NCBI GenBank assembly: GCA_003660975.1
Contig: QMVG01000003.1
Coordinates: 1 to 64,000, forward strand
Direction: 5' to 3'
DNA: 64,000 nt
From: Candidatus Micrarchaeota archaeon
Lineage (GTDB): Archaea; B1Sed10-29; B47-G15
Part shown: positions 1 through 10,893 of the stretch, piece by piece
How positions within the stretch are numbered: the first letter of the stretch is position 1
Layout: the number at the start of each line of letters is the position of its first letter
Program-made: the position numbers and the translations under genes
Notes under the pieces: model-generated
What the model was told of the DNA's origin: nothing
Database searches by the model: none
The model's input: the letters and a program-made list of their open reading frames with translations, nothing else

Positions 1-2
1 CT

Positions 3-791
3 GCTAAAGCAGCAGTAGTGCAAAGTTTATTTTGCCCAATAGAATATGCTGAAGTGGATTATATAGGTTCATTAAACCTTATAGTATCTGCTGTAAACCA
101 CAAAGTAAAGCGCTTTGTTTTTACCAGCTCAATGGATAGATACGGAAAGCAGGACAAGTTGCCTATGACAGAGGATATGCTCCCCAAGCCTGAAGACCCT
201 TATGGTGTTTCCAAGCTGATGGTTGAGCGGATATTGGAGATTTATTATGACCTATTTGGAATGGAATATGTTGTCCTTGTTCCACATAATATTTATGGCC
301 CAAAACAAAATCTAGCAGACCCTTACAGGAATGTAATTGCTATTTTCATGAACAGGATTTTGCAAGGCAAACCTCCCATAATATATGGAGATGGTTTGCA
401 AACCAGAGAGTTCAGTTATGTGGATGACGTAACGCCATATATTGCAAAGGCGGGTTTTGCCAGCAATGTTGTGGGTGAAACCATAAATATAGGGCCAGAT
501 GAGAACCCAGTTACCATAAAAGAGCTAGCTGATTTAGTTATCGATGCGATGGGATTTGATGGCAAGCCGATACATGCTGAAGCAAGACCTAAAGAAGTTA
601 AGCATGCTTACTGTTCTTCAGCAAAAGCAAGAAAACTGCTTGGTTATAAAACAGCAACACCATTGAGTCTTGGTCTAAAAAAGATGGCAGGTTGGGTTAA
701 AAAGATGGGACCAAGACCATTCAAGTATAGGGACAGCTTTGAGATTGAGTCAGATAAAATTCCATCTACATGGCGTAAGAAATTATTATAA
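3..791 (+). CDS. NAD-dependent nucleotide-sugar epimerase/dehydratase (extended SDR), 5'-truncated by window edge
   Basis: FTSS, PYGVSK (YxxxK), HNIYGP and IYGDGLQTREF motifs; frame is open from the window start and the GxxGxxG motif is missing. Confidence 0.9.
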   Translation, partial: AKAAVVQSLFCPIEYAEVDYIGSLNLIVSAVNHKVKRFVFTSSMDRYGKQDKLPMTEDMLPKPEDPYGVSKLMVERILEIYYDLFGMEYVVLVPHNIYGPKQNLADPYRNVIAIFMNRILQGKPPIIYGDGLQTREFSYVDDVTPYIAKAGFASNVVGETINIGPDENPVTIKELADLVIDAMGFDGKPIHAEARPKEVKHAYCSSAKARKLLGYKTATPLSLGLKKMAGWVKKMGPRPFKYRDSFEIESDKIPSTWRKKLL

Positions 792-838
792 AAATACCAA
801 TATGAAAGCTTTTTAATTCTCCTTTTTTTAATATTTGC

Positions 839-2341
839 ATGCAATCTGAAAGCAAAGTTTTATTGAAACAAAATGTGTGGGGTCAGTCCTCTGAACTACT
901 TGGATTTACTACTAATGTTATCTCTAACATAATCTTTCCTATAATATTAGGTTCATTTGCCTTTGGTTTACTATCGATAGTTCTTGGCTTTGCATACTTG
1001 GTGGCAGGTCTTATAAGCGTGGGAATAACGAATGTGGCCATGCTTTTTGTATCAAAATTTACTGTGAGAAGTCAAAAAAAGAGCGCTGCGTTTATTTCTT
1101 ATCTTTTTAGGATAATCTTGGTGCTTTCGTTTTTAGTAGCTATCATGTTTATTGTTTTTTCCGACCAGCTTGCTTTGATCTACATGCAGCCATCCATATC
1201 TACTTTGTTTAAACTGGCTGCCCTAATTATACTAGCAAGAGCTTCATTTTCTTTGCTCGCCACTATTTTTATTGCAATAGGTGATGCAAAATATCATTTT
1301 TACTCAACCCTTGTGAATTCAGCATTGCTCATTGTGCTGCCATTGTTTCTTTTTATATCTTTTGGTATGGAAGGTTTTATTACAGGCATAGGTCTTGCTT
1401 ATCTATCTGCATTAATTTTTGCAGTTATTGTTCTGAAAAATAAGAAGCTCTTAAGCTCTGAACAGCCACCAATGCCAAAAGGACCTGTACTAAAACATGC
1501 AGCAGTTATGACAGCACTCTCTTTAAAGAACTATTTCAGCAGGTTAGTCTTACTGTTGATGCTTGGTCTCTTTGCCACTTCTGCCTCAGCTGTGGCATAT
1601 TTCAAAGTATCTATGGCATGGGTTTCTATAGTGGCTACATTAATACCTGTGTCTGGTTCAGTTATTTTTGCCTCTTTTGTTAGAATGAAAGAAGATAGTT
1701 CCAAGAAATTAAAATATTATTTGTCAAGGGTGCTTCAGTATTCCCTCATTCTACTTCTACCTTCAATGTTAATTTTAACCCTTCTTGGCGGAAGACTGAT
1801 AAAATTAATATATGTCATCCTGGGTGGCTTCTTCTCTGTTTCAAGACCTGATTACTTGGGTGCAGTTATGCCTATGTCAATTATGAGTTTTTTCATATAC
1901 TTTTCCTTCATTGACAGTATATTATATCCTGTTATAGCTTCTTATAAAAAATTGTATGAATTAGCTAAGTTGAATTTGTTTGCGCTATTGTTATCATTTA
2001 TTTTTTCTCTATATCTTATTCAGAATTTTGGGCTCCTTGGTGCAGCAGTGTCGTATGTCCTCTGCGCTTTTCTTTACTTTGTTACCGCCATTTACGTTAC
2101 ATATAAGTTTGCTCTAAAAGACATAGTTAAGATTTTAGGCAGATACACAAAAAAACCCCTACTCGCCTCTATCTTTATGGTTTTAATTGTCGAGTTGTTT
2201 AGAGCAACTCTATTTGGCTTTTTGGGAACTCTGTTGCTTTTGTTTATGTCTGTATTTTCATATCTGTTGTGCCTTTATTTTTTAAGAGGCATAAAGTACT
2301 CGGATATCAAAGGATTATTAAACGGCCTGTTGGGTCGATAG
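839..2341 (+). CDS. Oligosaccharide flippase (Wzx/MOP family)
   Basis: 500 aa with ~12-14 hydrophobic segments and a C-terminal LIQNFGLLGAAVS motif; lies inside the glycan cluster. Confidence 0.85.
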   Translation: MQSESKVLLKQNVWGQSSELLGFTTNVISNIIFPIILGSFAFGLLSIVLGFAYLVAGLISVGITNVAMLFVSKFTVRSQKKSAAFISYLFRIILVLSFLVAIMFIVFSDQLALIYMQPSISTLFKLAALIILARASFSLLATIFIAIGDAKYHFYSTLVNSALLIVLPLFLFISFGMEGFITGIGLAYLSALIFAVIVLKNKKLLSSEQPPMPKGPVLKHAAVMTALSLKNYFSRLVLLLMLGLFATSASAVAYFKVSMAWVSIVATLIPVSGSVIFASFVRMKEDSSKKLKYYLSRVLQYSLILLLPSMLILTLLGGRLIKLIYVILGGFFSVSRPDYLGAVMPMSIMSFFIYFSFIDSILYPVIASYKKLYELAKLNLFALLLSFIFSLYLIQNFGLLGAAVSYVLCAFLYFVTAIYVTYKFALKDIVKILGRYTKKPLLASIFMVLIVELFRATLFGFLGTLLLLFMSVFSYLLCLYFLRGIKYSDIKGLLNGLLGR

Positions 2342-2343
2342 TT

Positions 2344-3261
2344 ATGAAATTGTCAATAGGTGTCGCATGTTTGAATGAGAGAAAGAGAATAGGAGAGTTC
2401 TTGGAAAGCATTGCAAGGCAAACAGTTAAGCCAGAGCTTATAATAGTGGATGGAGGTAGCAGTGATGGGACAATAAAAATAATAAAATCATTTCAGAGTA
2501 AATACAGAAATATAAAGCTATTTAAGGAAAAAGGAAAATATAAATCACCAGCAAATGCAAGAAACCAAGCTCTTAAATATAGCACAGGAGAACTGTTCAC
2601 ATTTATGGATATTGATGAGACTATAAGTCCGAATTATACAGAAGCAGTTATAAATGCATTTAAAAAGCATCCAGATGCTGAACAGATAATATTAAATGGT
2701 GCTCTTATAAAACCCAAAAAGGACTGGGGACTGATACGCTATGTCAGCTTTTATAGAGACAATAGAAAAAAGATAGACGCAATAATCAATAAAAAGAAAA
2801 TGGCGGGCGATGGGGCCTACAAAAAGGATTTTCTAATGAAACATTTTCCGATATTTGACGCATCATTGGGTTTTGGGGAAGACCGACTGCTTTCACACAT
2901 AAAACCCAAGACGATAAAAGAAAAAACTAAAATTTGGCGTTTTAGGACATCAAGTTTGATGGACCTTGAAGATGTAAAGCGTAGGTATCTATGGTACGGG
3001 CGTACAATACCCTTATATATCAAGAAAAGCAGAAATTTAAAGATAGGGGCGCTCTATATATTAGCTGTGTTAAGCCCTTTTTTGTTGTTTCCCTTAATCT
3101 TTCCAATATTTAGGGGCATATATTTTATGGCAAAATGGTATAAAATAAACAAGGATTGGAAATTATTGTTTACACCTTTATTGGAGGTCGTATCTTGGGT
3201 CTTTATCTCATTTGGTTTTTTTCAATATTTGGCAGGAGTCAAAAGTAAAAGGGGAAAATAG
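2344..3261 (+). CDS. Glycosyltransferase family 2
   Basis: IIVDGGSSDGT, ARN and DID motifs; start moved to the ATG at 2344, just after the flippase stop. Confidence 0.9.
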   Translation: MKLSIGVACLNERKRIGEFLESIARQTVKPELIIVDGGSSDGTIKIIKSFQSKYRNIKLFKEKGKYKSPANARNQALKYSTGELFTFMDIDETISPNYTEAVINAFKKHPDAEQIILNGALIKPKKDWGLIRYVSFYRDNRKKIDAIINKKKMAGDGAYKKDFLMKHFPIFDASLGFGEDRLLSHIKPKTIKEKTKIWRFRTSSLMDLEDVKRRYLWYGRTIPLYIKKSRNLKIGALYILAVLSPFLLFPLIFPIFRGIYFMAKWYKINKDWKLLFTPLLEVVSWVFISFGFFQYLAGVKSKRGK

Positions 3262-3270
3262 GGGAGGAAC

Positions 3271-4533
3271 ATGAAAATTGCTATTATAGGAGCAGGTTAT
3301 GTAGGGCTTGTTACAGCGCTTTGCTTTTCTGATATGGGTCATAATGTTGTCTGTGTGGATACAGATATAAAGAAAGTTAAATCATTAAAAGAGGGGAAGA
3401 CCCCCATTTATGAGAAACGCCTTGACGAATTATTGGAAAAGCACTTAAATAAAAACTTCAAAGTTACATCAGATCTGTCTGATGCTATGGCAGAGGAACC
3501 TGAAGCTATTTTCATTGCGGTTGGTACTCCATCTGATAGTGAAGGACGGTTGGACCTGTCCTATGTTAAAAAAGCAGCAATAGATATAGCGAAATATCTG
3601 GATTTTTACAGTGTTATTGTTATGAAGAGCACTGTGTTGCCTGGCAGCACTGAGTCTCTTGTTCCTATCATAGAAAAAGAAAGCAAGAGAAAGCTGGGGA
3701 GCGGTTTTGGTTTGGCCATGAATCCAGAGTTTTTAAAAGAAGGCACTGCTGTCGAAGACTTTATGAAGCCAGATAGGATTGTGATTGGATATTATGATGA
3801 AAAAAGCAGAAAGGTGCTTGAAGAGATATATACCTCCATAACTGCTCCAAAGATATTTACAGACATAAAGACTGCAGAGATGATAAAATATGCATCAAAT
3901 GTATTTCTAGCTGCTCGCGTTTCTCTAATTAATGAAATAGGCAATATATGTAAGCAGCTAGGCATTGACGTATATGAGGTTGCAGAGGCAGTTGGTTTAG
4001 ATAAGAGAATAGGACCTTATTTTCTCAGAGCAGGTGTTGGTTTTGGTGGGAGCTGCTTCCCAAAGGACATTATGGCACTTATCAATAAGAGCAAAGAGAT
4101 AGGCGAAAATGCAGATATCATGGAAGCTATTGTGAAAGTTAACGATAGGCAACCACTAAAAATCTTACAATTGGCCTTGCAGAAGTTTCCCAACCTTCAT
4201 AAGAAAAGAATTACTGTACTGGGACTTGCTTTTAAAGCAGACACAGATGACATAAGGGAAAGCAGAGCTGTGCCTTTGATAGAAGCCCTGCTCTCTATGG
4301 GGGCAGATGTCACAGTTTACGACCCATTGGCCATGCAAAATTTTAAGAAGCAATACAACTACAAGATTAAGTACGCAGAAGATTTGCACGATGCCCTGAA
4401 AAGTGCAGACATTTGTTTTATAATGACTGACTGGGCTGAGTTCAAAAAAGCAAAAGATTATGAAAATGTTTACATCTTTGACGGTAGGAATCTATTCAGA
4501 CGCCTGCATAATTATGAAGGCATCTGTTGGTGA
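3271..4533 (+). CDS. ugd: UDP-glucose/GDP-mannose 6-dehydrogenase
   Basis: GAGYVG, NPEFLKEG, GFGGSCFPKD and FKADTDDIRES motifs; GGAGG Shine-Dalgarno upstream. Confidence 0.95.
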   Translation: MKIAIIGAGYVGLVTALCFSDMGHNVVCVDTDIKKVKSLKEGKTPIYEKRLDELLEKHLNKNFKVTSDLSDAMAEEPEAIFIAVGTPSDSEGRLDLSYVKKAAIDIAKYLDFYSVIVMKSTVLPGSTESLVPIIEKESKRKLGSGFGLAMNPEFLKEGTAVEDFMKPDRIVIGYYDEKSRKVLEEIYTSITAPKIFTDIKTAEMIKYASNVFLAARVSLINEIGNICKQLGIDVYEVAEAVGLDKRIGPYFLRAGVGFGGSCFPKDIMALINKSKEIGENADIMEAIVKVNDRQPLKILQLALQKFPNLHKKRITVLGLAFKADTDDIRESRAVPLIEALLSMGADVTVYDPLAMQNFKKQYNYKIKYAEDLHDALKSADICFIMTDWAEFKKAKDYENVYIFDGRNLFRRLHNYEGICW

Positions 4534-4538
4534 GTTAA

Positions 4539-5441
4539 ATGAAATCTGAAATCCATAAAGCAGTAATAACAGCAGGGGGCTTAGGCACACGTTTTCTACC
4601 TGCTACAAAAGCGATTCCTAAAGAGATGCTTATTTTAGTTGATAAGCCAGTCATCCAGTTTGTGGTAGAGGAGGCAGCCGCAGTTGGTATAGAGGATATA
4701 GTCATAGTTACCAGTAAGCTAAAACACGCAATAGAGGACCATTTTGACTCAAATACTGAGATTGAGATGGCCTTGCAGGCTGCCAACAACGAGATATTAC
4801 TTGAGAAGCTAGAAACAGTGCCAGAAGGTGTAGATATACATTTCGTGAGACAGAGAAAGCCCAGAGGTCTAGGAGATGCCGTCTTGACAGCCAAACGTCA
4901 CATAGAAAGCGACCCATTTTTGGTATTGTTAGGAGATACAGTATCTGCGTCATCGATTTTTGAAGATGATAACTCGTACAATTGCTCGAAACCTTTGGTT
5001 GACTGGTATAATAAAAGAGGCAAACAGATAGTGGCTGTTGAAAGGGTTCCTATAGAGATGTCAATAAGGTATGGTATGATAAAAGGGAAAAAAGTAAGGT
5101 ATTCTGAAGGAGAGGTATATAAATTAGAGGATATGATAGAAAAACCAAAACCTTCTGAGAGCCCCTCTGATTTGGCACTTTGGGGCAGGTATCTGTTTGA
5201 ACCATCTATCTTTGATTACCTGGAGAATACAGAACCTGGTTATAATAATGAGATCCAACTTACAGATGCTATGAGGATGTCAGTTTATGACGGAAATGAG
5301 ATGTATGCATATGTATTAAAGAACAAGAGGTATGATATAGGGGATAAGTTGTCATACTTAAAAGCATTTGTTGACTTTGGCTTACACAACCCAGAGACTA
5401 AAAAGGGATTTAGAGCTTACCTCAAATCTTTGAAGTTGTGA
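4539..5441 (+). CDS. galU: UTP--glucose-1-phosphate uridylyltransferase
   Basis: GGLGTRFLPATKAIPKEML, RQRKPRGLGDAV and EIQLTDA motifs. Confidence 0.95.
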   Translation: MKSEIHKAVITAGGLGTRFLPATKAIPKEMLILVDKPVIQFVVEEAAAVGIEDIVIVTSKLKHAIEDHFDSNTEIEMALQAANNEILLEKLETVPEGVDIHFVRQRKPRGLGDAVLTAKRHIESDPFLVLLGDTVSASSIFEDDNSYNCSKPLVDWYNKRGKQIVAVERVPIEMSIRYGMIKGKKVRYSEGEVYKLEDMIEKPKPSESPSDLALWGRYLFEPSIFDYLENTEPGYNNEIQLTDAMRMSVYDGNEMYAYVLKNKRYDIGDKLSYLKAFVDFGLHNPETKKGFRAYLKSLKL

Positions 5442-5445
5442 TTAT

Positions 5446-6216
5446 ATGACCTCAATAAGACGCTCTGGTTTTGCGATTTTAAAAGTATTCAAAGGCAGTC
5501 CTTTTTTATATAAACTTGGAAAGAAAGTTTATCCCTTTGTTAGTAGTAATTATCCAAGGAAAAATCAAATGACCATTAAAGGTCCATTTGCAGTTTTGAG
5601 AGTAAACGCCGACTACAGTGAGGAGGGTTACTATAACATCAGAGAATTAATCAAAGATTTCAAAGTGCCTTTCATAGTTGCTTTGAAAATGGAAGATTTA
5701 GAAAAGGAGAAGAAATTTATCACATATTCAAAAAACTTGGAACGTTTAAATTGCAGCTTAGCATTGCACGGTTACCACCATTCCACAATCCTTCCCCTGT
5801 TAAACTCAAAGCAAAAACAATATGAAATAAAAAAAGCTGTGACTACCTTTAAAGCAATATTTAAGAAGACTGCGAAAGGTTTTTTTTCATCTAGAAATGC
5901 TTATGATAACGAAAGCTTGAGGATACTATCATCTTATGGTATAAAGTACTATGCAGAGAAGAATATACTATATCCTGAAAAACATTTTAATATGTGGGAT
6001 ATAGGCTTAAATAAGAAACTTTTTGATCCTATTAGCAAATCCTGGAAACTTGTCGTTGATTACATAATAAAAAACAAGGGCATTATATCAGTATGCTGGC
6101 ATATTGATAGCATGGGAGATGAGAAGATGGGTTATTACAGGGAATTTCTCAGTTACATTAAGGAAAAGAACGTGGAAATACTTTCTGAATCGAAACTTTT
6201 GAGGAGATTGAGGTGA
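5446..6216 (+). CDS. Polysaccharide deacetylase-like protein (CE4/NodB fold)
   Basis: LALHGYHH metal motif and terminal WH; cluster context. Confidence 0.7.
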   Translation: MTSIRRSGFAILKVFKGSPFLYKLGKKVYPFVSSNYPRKNQMTIKGPFAVLRVNADYSEEGYYNIRELIKDFKVPFIVALKMEDLEKEKKFITYSKNLERLNCSLALHGYHHSTILPLLNSKQKQYEIKKAVTTFKAIFKKTAKGFFSSRNAYDNESLRILSSYGIKYYAEKNILYPEKHFNMWDIGLNKKLFDPISKSWKLVVDYIIKNKGIISVCWHIDSMGDEKMGYYREFLSYIKEKNVEILSESKLLRRLR

Positions 6217-7262
6217 AAGTAAACTTTGTGATTCCTGGTTACCCTGCAAGAGTGGGCCACACAATCTCAGCAATTAGCTTGAAAGAAGCCTTAGAAAATG
6301 AAGGAATTGAAGTAAGAATATCATCAAAGATCAAAGAAGGTTTTATAAATCACGCTCACGTAAACGACCTTATAAGTAGGAGCACATTTAATTCCATTTT
6401 AGGCCCAATAAATCGATTTTCAAAGCCCAATTTTGACGTAATAACAGCTTATGGGCCAGCTGCCCCAAACCTCAGGGATATAATGATGCACATCAAATAC
6501 TACAACTCGATGAGAGCTCTATTGCAATTGTTTTACTTATTTTCAGTTCAACATTTGCCAAATATTTTGAAACCTGATTTTAGAAAGATTCCGATAATAG
6601 CAAGCTCTCACTATCTAAAAGACAAAATGATACAAGGTAGCAATGTGCTGGAAGTATCTGTTATACCTCCACCTATGAAAGCCCAAGTTAGCAAAGTTAA
6701 ACTTTCCTCTGAAAAACTGATTTTATTTATAGGCAAAGGCTACGGAGTCAGGGGAGACATGGATTTAATTAAAGCCGCATCACAAGTTATACAGGAAGAC
6801 AATGATATTAGTTTTATTATAGCAAATAAAAGTCTGGGGGAGAGGAAGAATGTTTACTTACGATTAATTAAAAAGCTTGGTATTGAGTCTTATATACATC
6901 TTTACGGAAAATTAGACCAATCAGCTATCGATAATCTGATAGCTAAGGCAGCCATCGTTGCATTTCCATATGCCTGCGCTTATGGACCAACTTCCATGCC
7001 TTTAAGTTTACTAGAGGCTATGGCAAGGGGGAAGGCAGTTATAAGTACAGATATAGGTGCTATAGGTGAAATAATACAACATGAAAAAAACGGTCTTATT
7101 GTGCCACCAGGCGATGAAAAGGCCCTTGCAGATGCTATTTTAAAAGCATTTAAAAATAAGCAGATATTGAGGCTAGGTAAAGCCGCTTTGGAAACAGTAA
7201 CCAAAAAATTTAACCCCAAATCAATTGCGAAGGCATATATAGAAATATATAACAGTATCTAA
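6213..7262 (+). CDS. Glycosyltransferase family 4
   Basis: LLEAMARGKAVISTDIGAIGEII GT-B signature. Confidence 0.9.
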   Translation: MKVNFVIPGYPARVGHTISAISLKEALENEGIEVRISSKIKEGFINHAHVNDLISRSTFNSILGPINRFSKPNFDVITAYGPAAPNLRDIMMHIKYYNSMRALLQLFYLFSVQHLPNILKPDFRKIPIIASSHYLKDKMIQGSNVLEVSVIPPPMKAQVSKVKLSSEKLILFIGKGYGVRGDMDLIKAASQVIQEDNDISFIIANKSLGERKNVYLRLIKKLGIESYIHLYGKLDQSAIDNLIAKAAIVAFPYACAYGPTSMPLSLLEAMARGKAVISTDIGAIGEIIQHEKNGLIVPPGDEKALADAILKAFKNKQILRLGKAALETVTKKFNPKSIAKAYIEIYNSI

Positions 7263-8029
7263 TATACTTTTCTACCTATTCCATAAATACTAACACCAAA
7301 CCTTTCTCTTAGAGCTTTATTACTTGGTATAATTTTATCAAGGCCAGCGCCTAATTTTTTTAAGATGAACCAGTCTGGCCACTGTCCAATGCTCCTTCCA
7401 ATAGATATCCCATCTGTTTCTATATCTACTAATCCTGCCATCTCCATTTCTTTCCTTAGTTTTTTGCTTGTGTAAAAAGTCATTGGAGGTGCATTTGTGT
7501 ATGATTTTGCTCTCTTGTACCATAAACGCATTAAAGGGTGGCCACCGTTTGGCACTGTTATACTAACCACACCTTTTCTTTTCGTTATCCGCACCATTTC
7601 CTTTATAACATTAATTCTGTCTTCTTTTTTTAACCAATGCTCCACAACCCCTTCATTAAAAACAATATCATACGTACCACTTCTTATTTTTAACCTTTCT
7701 AAATCATCTTTTAATGTTGTAAATCTCAATTTTTTATTGAATAGTTTTTCTGCCATATCTTTTAAATGCTCTGCATTTCTTAACATTTGTTCATTGTAAT
7801 CCATAGCAGTCACATCATAGCCTAATAAGGCAAAAGCAACAGATAGCTTACCAGGTCCACACCCTGCTTCTATCACTTTCCCTTTCTTTCGTCCATAGTA
7901 CTTTATTATATGTTGGATATATGGAGACTTTATAAGCCTTTCAAAAAAGCTTTTTGATACATTATCCATCATATAACTATACTTTTCTTCTATAAAGTGT
8001 TTTTTCCATAATTCACCAACTTTGCTCAT
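7259..8029 (-). CDS. Class I SAM-dependent methyltransferase
   Basis: VIEAGCGPG motif I and YDIVFNEGVVEH. Confidence 0.9.
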   Translation of the reverse strand: MSKVGELWKKHFIEEKYSYMMDNVSKSFFERLIKSPYIQHIIKYYGRKKGKVIEAGCGPGKLSVAFALLGYDVTAMDYNEQMLRNAEHLKDMAEKLFNKKLRFTTLKDDLERLKIRSGTYDIVFNEGVVEHWLKKEDRINVIKEMVRITKRKGVVSITVPNGGHPLMRLWYKRAKSYTNAPPMTFYTSKKLRKEMEMAGLVDIETDGISIGRSIGQWPDWFILKKLGAGLDKIIPSNKALRERFGVSIYGIGRKVY

Positions 8030-9129
8030 TCTACTACCTCTTCAAACACTTTTATTAGTCTCTCACCATACTTCTCCCAGGTAAATTTTTCAGCCCTTTT
8101 TCTTGCATTCCTTCCCATCTTTGCCCTTTCTTTTGGATTGTCGTATAAGTATTGAATCTTCGCTGCTATGCTTCTTGGATCCCTTATAGGAATTATAAAG
8201 CCATCTATGCTGTCTCTTGCAACAGAGCCACTGTTGAATGTGGTTATTATTGGAAGGGAAGAAGCCATAGCTTCGTAAGTAACTAAGGCACTCCCCTCTT
8301 GGATTGAAGGAAAAACGAATATATCTGCCTTTTGGTACTCTTTTTCTATAGGTGAGACATGCCCCATGAACTTTATATCTTTTCTGTTGCTATATTTTTT
8401 ATAAATCCTGTTAAAATCGTGCCTTACCTTTCCATATAGTCGCAATTCAGCATGTTTTAAATTTAACATATCCCATGCTTCCAACAAATACTGAACGCCT
8501 TTTAATACTGACACAAAACCAACATACATCGCTATAAACTTATTATGCTCCTTTTTATGTGCTGGTTTAAATCTGTTGATGTCTACACCAAAAGGAAGAA
8601 GCTTTAACTTATTTTGAGAGACACCATTTTTTATCATAGATTGATATACAAACTCTGAGGCAGGCACGATTACGTCACTTAACTCGTATTCTTTTAGAGT
8701 CCTTTTGACTGTAATGGGGTCAATGCCCCTTTTTTTAATGCCAAATCTTCTAAATTCTTCCTGGTTTAGTCTGTTATGTGTCAATACATGTGCTGAAGAA
8801 GCATTACATATCAATTTTGCCCCTTTTCTCTTTGCTTTTTTCATAGAGTAAAGTTGCATCCCATTCCAACCATAAAAAGCATCTGCTTCGTCAATATAAA
8901 GTGAAGCCATAAGGTCAAAATAGATATTTACTAGGAAATAGACAGGGGACTTATTAATTAATACAGGAATCCTTTTTACTTTTTCTTTTGGTATCTCCTC
9001 TCCTTTTACATCTCTGCAAATTACTTTTTCTAAATAGCCGTATTTTTCAAGGGCTTTAACGCCGTAGTAAGCTGTATTGCCTATGCCACCTCCTCCAACA
9101 TTGGCGTTTATAGTATATATGACCTTCAT
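8026..9129 (-). CDS. Glycosyltransferase family 4
   Basis: FGVD and FPSIQEGSALVTYEAMASSLP motifs; start at MKVIYT (9129). Confidence 0.9.
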   Translation of the reverse strand: MKVIYTINANVGGGGIGNTAYYGVKALEKYGYLEKVICRDVKGEEIPKEKVKRIPVLINKSPVYFLVNIYFDLMASLYIDEADAFYGWNGMQLYSMKKAKRKGAKLICNASSAHVLTHNRLNQEEFRRFGIKKRGIDPITVKRTLKEYELSDVIVPASEFVYQSMIKNGVSQNKLKLLPFGVDINRFKPAHKKEHNKFIAMYVGFVSVLKGVQYLLEAWDMLNLKHAELRLYGKVRHDFNRIYKKYSNRKDIKFMGHVSPIEKEYQKADIFVFPSIQEGSALVTYEAMASSLPIITTFNSGSVARDSIDGFIIPIRDPRSIAAKIQYLYDNPKERAKMGRNARKRAEKFTWEKYGERLIKVFEEVVE

Positions 9130-9130
9130 A

Positions 9131-10030
9131 TTAAACACCGAAGTAGTTCTTGAAGTGGGCTTCAACATATTTGGCTTTGTAGTTAAAATACTTCATAGGC
9201 CAAAATGATGCCCTTCTGTACTCCCTCTCCACTTTTTTTTCATTTATACTTATTTTTCTTATAGCTTTTTTACATTCGCCTGAATGTTTTAGGAGGCCCA
9301 CATCTAACATGAATCTAATCTTTCGGATGAAACCTATAAAAGTGTTTTTGTTTCTGTTTATACTCTGAACATCTAACAGGTTGGCTTTTTTGATGCTTTG
9401 TGGGTTTCCAAATCTGAAGATTGAGTCCCAGCCTTTTTTCACAAAAGATTCAGGATGCCAATCTACCACAACTGGATCGCTCATAAATGCCTGAATATAA
9501 AATAAGGCATTCTTTTTAACAGGGAATGGAAAATGTGTCATCTTTTTGAAAGAGAATGCTTTATTTTGCATTTTAGTTGAGAAGTCAAATTCTATTCCAA
9601 GCTCCTTCAGAGCTTCAAGGTGGGGAGGAGACCATGAGTAACCAGGGGCCCTAAAAGATTTCACATCCTCCTTTATTTTCATTACTTCAAATATGCCTCC
9701 TTTATTCTTACTTAACTTCCATGTTTTTATATTTACGTTATGTGTTTCCCTTTTCAAGGATTCTTCAACAGCGGTTTCATAGTCTTCTACATCAGTAAAT
9801 TCAAATATTATAGGTCTTACAGAATGAGAAGATGAATGGTATCCTATTTCATGTTCTTTAAGTAACATGGCTGTTTTTTTATCTATGTTTTTAGCTCTCA
9901 TAGCTGTTATGAAAAAAATTCCTTTTAATTCAAGCTTATTGAGTTCTTCCACTACGAATTGAAGGGTCTTATTGTTTACCTTTGGGTCAGTAAAGTCTTC
10001 AACATCAAATGTCAAGTATATCTCTTTCAT
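9131..10030 (-). CDS. Polysaccharide deacetylase family protein
   Basis: LTFDVED, HEIGYHSSSH and SFRAPGY motifs. Confidence 0.85.
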   Translation of the reverse strand: MKEIYLTFDVEDFTDPKVNNKTLQFVVEELNKLELKGIFFITAMRAKNIDKKTAMLLKEHEIGYHSSSHSVRPIIFEFTDVEDYETAVEESLKRETHNVNIKTWKLSKNKGGIFEVMKIKEDVKSFRAPGYSWSPPHLEALKELGIEFDFSTKMQNKAFSFKKMTHFPFPVKKNALFYIQAFMSDPVVVDWHPESFVKKGWDSIFRFGNPQSIKKANLLDVQSINRNKNTFIGFIRKIRFMLDVGLLKHSGECKKAIRKISINEKKVEREYRRASFWPMKYFNYKAKYVEAHFKNYFGV

Positions 10031-10893
10031 ACATGAAGCTCCTTTAACTCTTCTATACCCTTCTTAAGAGGTATCTTTGGCCGCCAACCTGTCCTCTTAA
10101 TTTTTTTTATATCTGCCCATGAGTATTTTATCTCTCCGCTTATTTCTGGGACAAACTTTATTTTATCACTTATCATTCTTGCCAAGTCAATTATTCTTGT
10201 CTTTTTGCCAGAAGCCACATTAAAAACATCTTTTTTTCCCATAACTTTTATCATAGCTTCACATACATCTTTTACATGAACGAAGTCCCTCACCTGATTG
10301 CCGTCTCCCCTCACCGTAAGTGCTTTACCCTTTTTCCATTGCTCAAGAAATATTGATACGACTCCCGCATACTGGTTATTTTTTTGACCAGGCCCATACA
10401 CATTGAAAGGTCTGACTATGGTTATATTGCTACCATAAAGACGTATATATTCTTTGGCAGATTCTTCTGCTAACATCTTTGATAAGCCATAAGGGGACAG
10501 TGGAGATAACTCATATGTTTCCTTTATTGGCAATTTTTTGCAATGTCCATATACTGCTGCAGAGCTTACGTAAAGAATCTTTGAATCTTTAAATGTTTCA
10601 AATATATTAGAACTTCCAACTGTGTTAATGTTAAAGTACTCTACTGGTTTTTCAAATGATTCTGGGACAGAGACTTTAGCAGCTAGATGGTAAACTTCCT
10701 CAACATCCTTTTTTTCTATCTCTTCTAATTTATCCCTATTTCTTATATCTATGTTTAATATTTTTATTCTGCTGTTATTTACACTCTTCCCTATTTTCCT
10801 ATCTATAATAAGAACATCCTTCCCTTTGGAAGATAACACCTCTACAAGGTGCTTACCAATAAAACCTAAGCCCCCTGTAACCACAACAGTCAT
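10027..10893 (-). CDS. NAD-dependent epimerase/dehydratase (GalE-like)
   Basis: TGGLGFIG, HLAA, SSAAVYG, YGLSK and FNVYGP motifs. Confidence 0.92.
   Translation of the reverse strand: MTVVVTGGLGFIGKHLVEVLSSKGKDVLIIDRKIGKSVNNSRIKILNIDIRNRDKLEEIEKKDVEEVYHLAAKVSVPESFEKPVEYFNINTVGSSNIFETFKDSKILYVSSAAVYGHCKKLPIKETYELSPLSPYGLSKMLAEESAKEYIRLYGSNITIVRPFNVYGPGQKNNQYAGVVSIFLEQWKKGKALTVRGDGNQVRDFVHVKDVCEAMIKVMGKKDVFNVASGKKTRIIDLARMISDKIKFVPEISGEIKYSWADIKKIKRTGWRPKIPLKKGIEELKELHV

Noticed and set aside
3259-3273. GT2 TAG stop is in frame with ugd (9-nt spacer), suggesting a read-through fusion
   Set aside because: The spacer is a GGAGG Shine-Dalgarno and both proteins are complete on their own
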